Shown in pieces: positions 24,645 to 32,000 of a stretch of 32,000 nt of DNA. Both the position numbers and the translations under genes were made by a program. The notes beneath the pieces are model-generated. The model saw nothing but the letters and a program-made list of their open reading frames with translations. It had not been told where the DNA came from and ran no database searches. Numbering within the stretch: position 1 is the stretch's first letter; every line of letters starts with the position of its first letter. The stretch is from Allobaculum fili. Lineage in GTDB: Bacteria > Bacillota_I > Bacilli_A > Erysipelotrichales > Erysipelotrichaceae. The stretch spans positions 30,001 to 62,000 of the forward strand of contig NZ_JAHDSX010000010.1 of the NCBI RefSeq assembly GCF_020969955.1. The letters are read 5' to 3'.

Positions 24645-24671
24645 GTCTTCGATAAAGGAAGGTGATTCACT

Positions 24672-25292
24672 TTGCTTACTGTTTTTGATCATCCGCTGAT
24701 CAAGCACAAGCTTTCGATCATGCGTGATAAAAACACAAGTACAAAAGACTTCAGAGATAACCTTGATGAAATCGGATCGCTGATGGTCTATGAAATGACC
24801 CGCGATCTTCCTCTTCACGACGCAGAAATCGAAACGCCGATTACGACCATGACCGGTCACAAGCTGGCCAAGGATGTCGTTGTCGTGCCGATTCTGCGTG
24901 CGGGACTTGGAATGACTCAGGGCATTCTCGATCTGATTCCAACGGCCAAAGTGGCCCACATCGGTCTGTTCCGTGACGAAAAGACGCTGGAACCGCATGT
25001 TTACTTTGAAAAGTACCCCAAGAACATGCCGGAGGCTGTGACGATCGTTGTTGACCCGATGCTCGCAACCGGCGGAAGCAGCTGTGCCGCGATTGACATG
25101 GTCAAGCGGCAGGGCGCGACCAACATCAAGCTGGTGTGCCTGGTCGGTGCGCCGGAAGGTGTAGCCGAGGTGGAAAAGCATCATCCGGATGTGGACATTT
25201 ATCTGGCCGCTCTCGATGACCATCTCAATGAGAACGGCTATATCGTTCCAGGACTCGGAGATGCGGGAGACCGTATTTTCGGCACGAAGTAG
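24672..25292 (+). CDS. upp: Uracil phosphoribosyltransferase
   Basis: The start is [24 protein letters not shown] is the canonical Upp N-terminus. The PRPP-binding loop is [11 protein letters not shown], and the C-terminus has [18 protein letters not shown]. Confidence 0.95.
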   Translation: MLTVFDHPLIKHKLSIMRDKNTSTKDFRDNLDEIGSLMVYEMTRDLPLHDAEIETPITTMTGHKLAKDVVVVPILRAGLGMTQGILDLIPTAKVAHIGLFRDEKTLEPHVYFEKYPKNMPEAVTIVVDPMLATGGSSCAAIDMVKRQGATNIKLVCLVGAPEGVAEVEKHHPDVDIYLAALDDHLNENGYIVPGLGDAGDRIFGTK

Positions 25293-25295
25293 CCT

Positions 25296-25496
25296 ATGAA
25301 TCCGATGAAATTCGGCGGGTTTCTCCTGGTCAATCTGCTCGTGTGCATCTGGCTCGGGTATCTGATTGATTCCTGGACGAACATGTCCCCTGTCTGGATT
25401 ATTGTCTTTACGCTGTATGCGATTATCGGCAGCTTCTTAGTTCTGCTGTATCGCAACAAGAAAAAAGACAAGAAGAAATCTTCCGGAAAGGAATAG
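25296..25496 (+). CDS. atpZ: AtpZ-like small membrane protein (putative F0F1-ATPase-associated subunit)
   Basis: It is 66 aa with two TMs and a Lys-rich tail. WLGYLIDSW...PVWIIVFTLYAIIGSF resembles the AtpZ/'ATPase_gene1' pattern. It sits directly upstream of atpI. Confidence 0.7.
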   Translation: MNPMKFGGFLLVNLLVCIWLGYLIDSWTNMSPVWIIVFTLYAIIGSFLVLLYRNKKKDKKKSSGKE

Positions 25497-25501
25497 ACGC
25501 C

Positions 25502-25882
25502 ATGTCCCCGGATCTTCGGCAGCTTTTCCGCTACAGCGGGAAGGCCACCCTGATTCTTTGTGCCGTCGCGTGCGCAGTCAGTCTTTTCATTGTCCAGGGA
25601 AGACAATGGATTTTTTGCGCGTTCGCGATTTTTTATGGAGCATTGTGCGCCATGCTTTCCCTTTACATGATTGCCCTCTCGACCCGGAACCTTTCCGGTG
25701 CGGACGCGGGCAAGAAGAGCAAAGGCTATGGCTCGTACATGCTTCGGTATCTGATGTATGCCGTCCTGCTTTTTGCGGGGGCTTTTGCAGGTCTTCCCGT
25801 ACTCGGGCTGATGGCAGGCATCGCAATCCAGAAAGCCACCCTGGTGCTTTACGCCAGGCGCGGCGGAAAGGAGACTGAATGA
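25502..25882 (+). CDS. atpI: ATP synthase protein I
   Basis: It is a 126-aa membrane protein with four hydrophobic segments, directly upstream of atpB with an ATGA overlap at 25879-25882. The assignment rests on position and topology. Confidence 0.75.
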   Translation: MSPDLRQLFRYSGKATLILCAVACAVSLFIVQGRQWIFCAFAIFYGALCAMLSLYMIALSTRNLSGADAGKKSKGYGSYMLRYLMYAVLLFAGAFAGLPVLGLMAGIAIQKATLVLYARRGGKETE

Positions 25883-26586
25883 GCGAAGTCAGTCAGATTG
25901 TTTTTCACTTCGGTTCGTTCAACTTCTCCCTGCACCAGTCCATTCTCGTATGGCTTGTGATCTGCCTGATCGTAGGCATTGTCGCCTGGATCGCAGGAAA
26001 GAAAATTGAAAAAGCGGACCCGTCCAAAGCTCCAAAAGGCATCGTTTACTGGTCTGAAGAGCTTTACAACCTGTGTCTGTATGTCATTCAGGGCAACCTG
26101 AAAGAAACGACCATCCACTATTTGCCGATGTTCGGCACCCTGATGGTCTGCATGCTGCTGTCCAACCTCACCGGTCTGATCGGATTTCAGAACCCGACCT
26201 CCAATGTTTCCTTCAACGCAACGCTCGCGCTGATGTTCTTTCTGATGATTCAGTTTCACGGAATCACCAAGGCTGGCCTCAAGGCCCGCTTAAAAGAACT
26301 GACCGAGCCGATGTGGCTGCTTACGCCGCTGAATATCATCGGTGAACTGGCCCTGCCGGTTTCGCTGACGATGCGTCTTTTCGGCAACATTCTGGCCGGA
26401 ACGATTATTTCGCTTCTGATTTACACGCTGATCAAATCGATCGCCCCATGGGGATATCTTGGCCTGACCATTACGCCGTTCCTTCACATGTACTTTGATG
26501 TGTTCTCCGGCGTAATTCAGACGTATATCTTCTTTACGCTGGGCACGTACTTCCTCGGTCAGCAGACCGCTGAACAGGAAGACTGA
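25879..26586 (+). CDS. atpB: F0F1 ATP synthase subunit a
   Basis: It contains the conserved MRLFGNILAG with the essential Arg, is polytopic, and sits in the expected operon position. Confidence 0.95.
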   Translation: MSEVSQIVFHFGSFNFSLHQSILVWLVICLIVGIVAWIAGKKIEKADPSKAPKGIVYWSEELYNLCLYVIQGNLKETTIHYLPMFGTLMVCMLLSNLTGLIGFQNPTSNVSFNATLALMFFLMIQFHGITKAGLKARLKELTEPMWLLTPLNIIGELALPVSLTMRLFGNILAGTIISLLIYTLIKSIAPWGYLGLTITPFLHMYFDVFSGVIQTYIFFTLGTYFLGQQTAEQED

Positions 26587-26653
26587 TCCTTTGAGGGCTG
26601 TCAGGACTGCACAAACACGGGCAGACATACGACAGTACACATACAGAAAAAGC

Positions 26654-26705
26654 GCACAGCTTTATGGCTGTGCATGAACCGCCCCGGGATCGCGCTTTCG
26701 ATCCC
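26654..26705 (+). promoter_or_regulatory. Two 7-bp hairpins in the atpB-atpE intergenic region
   Basis: GCACAGC (26654-26660) pairs with GCTGTGC (26667-26673). GGGATCG (26686-26692) pairs with CGATCCC (26699-26705). Neither has a T-run. They may be mRNA processing or stabilising elements ahead of the highly expressed c-subunit gene. Confidence 0.3.
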
Positions 26706-26721
26706 CATCCATTTAATTTGA

Positions 26722-26985
<264 letters not shown>

Positions 26986-27002
26986 GCCGCTGGTGAGATC
27001 CG

Positions 27003-27518
27003 ATGATTGATTTCAATATTGATAACTACCTGCGGATTTCCTGGCAGGATGTTCTGCTGGTATGCATTTCATCACTCATCATCGTTCTCTTCTGCAAACA
27101 TTTTTTCTGGGATAAGATTCTGGCCTTTATCAACAAGCGTCAGAAACTGATTCAGGACAACATCGACAGTTCCGAGACGCTGAAAAAAGAAGCGCTTCAG
27201 GAAAAGGAAGAATACGACCGTCAGCTCGCTGCTGCGGGCAGCCGTGCCAATGAAATCATTGACCAGGCAAGACGCGAAGCGCTGGTGGAAAAGGATTCGA
27301 TTCTGGATCAGGCACAGAAACAGGCTTCCAACATAGAACGGGCGGCCAAGGAAGACATCGAAAAGGAACGCCTGCGTGCGCAGGGCGAAATGAAAGCCGC
27401 TATTACCGATGTCGCCATTGCCGCTGCCGGACAGATCCTGGATTCGGAAATTGATGCCGATAAACAGAAGAAGATTCTGGACGATCTGATTGATGAAGCA
27501 GGTGAAGGCAAATGGTAG
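27003..27518 (+). CDS. atpF: F0F1 ATP synthase subunit b
   Basis: It has a single N-terminal TM followed by a long charged helix (EKEEYDRQLAAAGSRANEIIDQARREA...). It sits in the expected operon position. Confidence 0.9.
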   Translation: MIDFNIDNYLRISWQDVLLVCISSLIIVLFCKHFFWDKILAFINKRQKLIQDNIDSSETLKKEALQEKEEYDRQLAAAGSRANEIIDQARREALVEKDSILDQAQKQASNIERAAKEDIEKERLRAQGEMKAAITDVAIAAAGQILDSEIDADKQKKILDDLIDEAGEGKW

Positions 27519-28045
27519 ATACCGCCCTTCCTTATGCTCAGGCTCTGATTTCTCTTGCCCAGGAAAATCATGAGGAAGATGCCGTTTTCCATGACCTTGA
27601 GCAGATGGAAACGGTGATGGATGAAAACCCGGAGCTCGAGCCCTGGCTTTCTCATCCTGCAGTCCCCTCTGCCCAGAAAGAAGCTCTGCTTCTGGAGCTC
27701 TTTCAGGATGGTACCCATCCCGTATTTGGGGACTTCCTTAAAATTGTCAGCCGTCATTCGATGAGCGGACACTTAAGAAAAATCGCAGAAGATTACCGGG
27801 CTTTGCTCGACGAACTGCACAACATTCAGAACGTGTACGTGACGTCGGCCGCAAAGCTGGATGAAAACCAGAAAGAACGGCTGAAAGCCGCTCTCAAAAA
27901 GAAGCTTGGCGCGGAAATCCGCCTGAAGTGTTCAGAAGATCCGTCTCTGATCGCGGGCATGATTATCCGTACCCCTGATGCCGTGCTCGATGCGAGCTAT
28001 CAGGGCAAGCTGGAAAGAATGAAAGAACAGCTTTTGAAAAGCTGA
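27512..28045 (+). CDS. atpH: F0F1 ATP synthase subunit delta
   Basis: [15 protein letters not shown]... is OSCP/delta-like, and the C-terminus has [28 protein letters not shown]. It overlaps atpF by 7 nt. Confidence 0.9.
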   Translation: MVDTALPYAQALISLAQENHEEDAVFHDLEQMETVMDENPELEPWLSHPAVPSAQKEALLLELFQDGTHPVFGDFLKIVSRHSMSGHLRKIAEDYRALLDELHNIQNVYVTSAAKLDENQKERLKAALKKKLGAEIRLKCSEDPSLIAGMIIRTPDAVLDASYQGKLERMKEQLLKS

Positions 28046-28059
28046 AGCAGGTGATGTGT

Positions 28060-29580
28060 ATGAGTTTAAATCCCTCCGAGATTTCAAAACTGATCAAAGC
28101 ACAGATCCGGAACGTTGATAAAGAAGTCGAGATGAACGAAAGCGGAACGGTACTGAGTGTCGGCGACGGAATCGCCAATGTCTATGGACTGAAAAACGCG
28201 ATGATGTCGGAGCTGCTCCTCTTCCCGCATGATGTCTACGGCATGGTCCTCAACCTCGAAGAAGATCAGGTCGGCGTTGTACTGATGAGCGACAACCCGG
28301 ACATCAAGGAAGGCGATACCGTAAAACGCACCGGTCATATTGTCGAAGTGCCGGTCGGCGACGGCATGCTTGGCCGCGTAGTCAACGCGCTGGGCGAACC
28401 GATCGACGGCAAGGGCCCGATCGAAGGCACACGTCTTCGCCCGGTTGAGCGCGTAGCGCCCGGCGTAATGACCCGTAAGAGCGTATCCGTTCCTCTGCAG
28501 ACCGGTCTGAAAATCATCGACTCGATGATTCCAATCGGCCGCGGTCAGCGTGAGCTGATCATCGGCGACCGTCAGACCGGTAAAACCGCGATCGCGGTCG
28601 ACACGATCATCAACCAGAAAGATCAGAATGTGCTTTGCATTTATGTCGCAATCGGTCAGAAAGCCAGTACGGTAGCCCAGATTGTCGAAAAGCTGAAACA
28701 GCACGGCGCCATGGACTACACGACCGTTGTCGTATCCACGGCTTCCGAAGCGGCGCCTCTGCAGTACATTGCGCCGTATTCCGGCTGCGCCATCGGCGAA
28801 GAGTGGATGGAGCAGGGCAAGGACGTACTGATCGTCTACGATGATCTGTCCAAGCACGCGGTAGCGTACCGCGCCATGGCGCTTCTGCTGCGCAGACCGC
28901 CAGGACGTGAAGCGTACCCCGGCGACGTCTTCTATCTCCATTCCAGACTGCTCGAACGGGCAGCCCGTCTGAATGAAAAGCACGGCGGCGGATCTCTGAC
29001 CGCGCTGCCGATCATTGAAACGCAGGCCGGCGATATTGCCGCCTACATTCCGACCAATGTAATTTCCATTACCGACGGTCAGATCTTCTTAAAGACCGAC
29101 ATGTTCAACGCCGGTCTTCGTCCAGCCGTTGACTCGGGTCTTTCCGTATCCCGTGTCGGATCCGCTGCGCAGGTTAAGGCCATGAAGCAGGTATCCGGCT
29201 CGCTGAAACTGGAACTGGCTCAGTTTGCGGAAATGGAAGCCTTCTCCAAATTCGGTTCCGACCTCGATGCCGCTACGGCCGAAGTTCTGAACCACGGCAA
29301 CCGTCTGACGCGTCTGCTCGTTCAGAAGCAGTACTCGCCAATGCCAATGCCGGAAGAAGTCCTTTCTCTGTTCTCGGGCAAATATAAATTCCTTAAGGAT
29401 ATCCCGGTGGATTCCGTTGAAGACTTCGAAGAAAAAATGCTTCTGTTCTTCAAGTCCGAACATCCGGAAATCCTCGAAGAAATCGCCGAGAAAAAAGCTC
29501 TGGATGATGATCTGACCAGCCGCATCAAAGCGCTGATGAACGACTTTCTTGCGGACTATAAAGTAAAGGCAGGCCTCTAG
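28060..29580 (+). CDS. atpA: F0F1 ATP synthase subunit alpha
   Basis: [16 protein letters not shown]..., Walker A GDRQTGKT, and the alpha signature region are present. I prefer the ATG at 28060, with AGGTGA at 28049-28054, over the GTG at 28051. Confidence 0.95.
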   Translation: MSLNPSEISKLIKAQIRNVDKEVEMNESGTVLSVGDGIANVYGLKNAMMSELLLFPHDVYGMVLNLEEDQVGVVLMSDNPDIKEGDTVKRTGHIVEVPVGDGMLGRVVNALGEPIDGKGPIEGTRLRPVERVAPGVMTRKSVSVPLQTGLKIIDSMIPIGRGQRELIIGDRQTGKTAIAVDTIINQKDQNVLCIYVAIGQKASTVAQIVEKLKQHGAMDYTTVVVSTASEAAPLQYIAPYSGCAIGEEWMEQGKDVLIVYDDLSKHAVAYRAMALLLRRPPGREAYPGDVFYLHSRLLERAARLNEKHGGGSLTALPIIETQAGDIAAYIPTNVISITDGQIFLKTDMFNAGLRPAVDSGLSVSRVGSAAQVKAMKQVSGSLKLELAQFAEMEAFSKFGSDLDAATAEVLNHGNRLTRLLVQKQYSPMPMPEEVLSLFSGKYKFLKDIPVDSVEDFEEKMLLFFKSEHPEILEEIAEKKALDDDLTSRIKALMNDFLADYKVKAGL

Positions 29581-29581
29581 T

Positions 29582-30433
29582 ATGGCAGCCAGCAAGCAGG
29601 CGATTAAAAGCCGGATTGCTTCGGTTCGCTCAACTAAGAAAATCACCAACGCCATGCAGATGGTCGCCAGTGCCAAGCTCAACAAAACCCGTTCCGCCAT
29701 GGAGCGCAACCGTGAATACGCCAACGCCCTGCAGGAAATGCTGGCGGTGGTACTCGCCCACGCTGATTCCGGAGCGCCGTATCTGAAGGAAGATAAAAAC
29801 AAGCCGTCGTTTCTGTTTGTGATCACTTCGGATATGGGCCTCTGCGGCGGCTACAACGCCAACGTACAGCGCCTGTTGACCGAGTGCGTAAAAAACGGCG
29901 ATCAGATCGTCATGATCGGATCGCACGGCGTCTCGTATGCAAACAGCCGCAATATGGAACTGTTCGGCCGTCTGGTTGACATGAGCGAGGAAGATGCGTA
30001 TGCAGAACTTGCCCGCTATGCCGATCTGGCGCTGAAAGAATACGACGAGGGAAAAGTCGGTGCCATTCGGGTTCTCTATACCCGCTATGTCAATACGCTG
30101 ACGTTCGAGCCGGAAGTACTCACCCTGCTTCCCCCGCAGAAACCGGAAAAGTCCGAAGAGGAGTCGAAGGTGCATGCGGAAATGCTCTTTGAGCCTGGCA
30201 AGGAAGAAATGCTTGCGCAGCTGATTCCGATGATCGCAAAATCGGTTCTGTATTCCAAATACATGGAAAGCAAGACCAGCGAGCAGGCCAGCCGGCGCAT
30301 GGCCATGGAAAGCGCGACCGACAACGCGGAAGAACTCGAAGAGAAACTCAACCTCGAGTACAACCGTGTCCGCCAGAGCGCCATCACCCAGGAAATTACA
30401 GAAATCGTTGGCGGTGCCAACGCCCTGAAGTAG
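29582..30433 (+). CDS. atpG: F0F1 ATP synthase subunit gamma
   Basis: The N-terminus is IKSRIASVRSTKKITNAMQMVASAKL and the C-terminus is RQSAITQEITEIVGGANAL. Both are canonical gamma motifs. Confidence 0.95.
   Translation: MAASKQAIKSRIASVRSTKKITNAMQMVASAKLNKTRSAMERNREYANALQEMLAVVLAHADSGAPYLKEDKNKPSFLFVITSDMGLCGGYNANVQRLLTECVKNGDQIVMIGSHGVSYANSRNMELFGRLVDMSEEDAYAELARYADLALKEYDEGKVGAIRVLYTRYVNTLTFEPEVLTLLPPQKPEKSEEESKVHAEMLFEPGKEEMLAQLIPMIAKSVLYSKYMESKTSEQASRRMAMESATDNAEELEEKLNLEYNRVRQSAITQEITEIVGGANALK

Positions 30434-32000
<1,567 letters not shown>

Noticed and set aside
24139-24671. An oriC or DnaA-box cluster, given the origin-proximal gene set (rpsF-ssb-rpsR, rplI-dnaB)
   Set aside because: I found no TTATCCACA/TGTGGATAA-like boxes and no AT-rich unwinding element here or in 9537-10142. 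dnaA and dnaN are not in the window.

Overview
This is a Bacillota (Firmicutes)-type chromosomal window, moderately GC-rich by eye, and it is mostly core housekeeping genes on the + strand. In order it contains: a 5'-truncated GH84 glycosidase with several discoidin/CBM32-like modules; an NSS-family Na+ symporter; a MacB/FtsX-type ABC pair on the - strand, whose permease carries a very long coiled-coil insert; two overlapping DegV (FakB-like) paralogs; a small accessory-looking patch (a membrane-anchored Ig-like protein and a lipoprotein with DUF5648-like repeats); rpsF-ssb-rpsR; a convergent CbbX/SpoVK-type AAA+ ATPase; a DUF5684-like membrane protein; a yybS-like gene, then gdpP-rplI-dnaB and a yycJ-like MBL hydrolase; upp; and the F1Fo operon atpZ-atpI-atpB-E-F-H-A-G-D plus the start of atpC. 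I saw no rRNA, tRNA, CRISPR array, transposase, integrase or phage genes. I do not see convincing evidence for a new multi-gene system here. The observations most worth a second look are: (1) the ATP synthase c subunit carries the full Na+-binding signature (Q...ETTxxY); (2) the 530-nt spacer between the MBL gene and upp is depleted in A, has about 240 nt with no stop trinucleotide in any of the six frames, and contains degenerate 15-bp tandem repeats; (3) a 9-bp in-frame microsatellite, (DLS)n, sits in a roughly 85-aa disordered tail on the YycJ-like protein and shares its core with the spacer repeats; (4) the AAA+ ATPase, convergent with ssb, ends in SEDLPF, nearly the same as the SSB tip SDDLPF; (5) the SSB linker is unusually long and rich in Tyr/Gly/Ser; (6) a 600-nt gene-free divergent region upstream of degV holds exact repeats and a perfect 10-bp inverted repeat. 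All family assignments come from motif recognition by eye. No database search was run.
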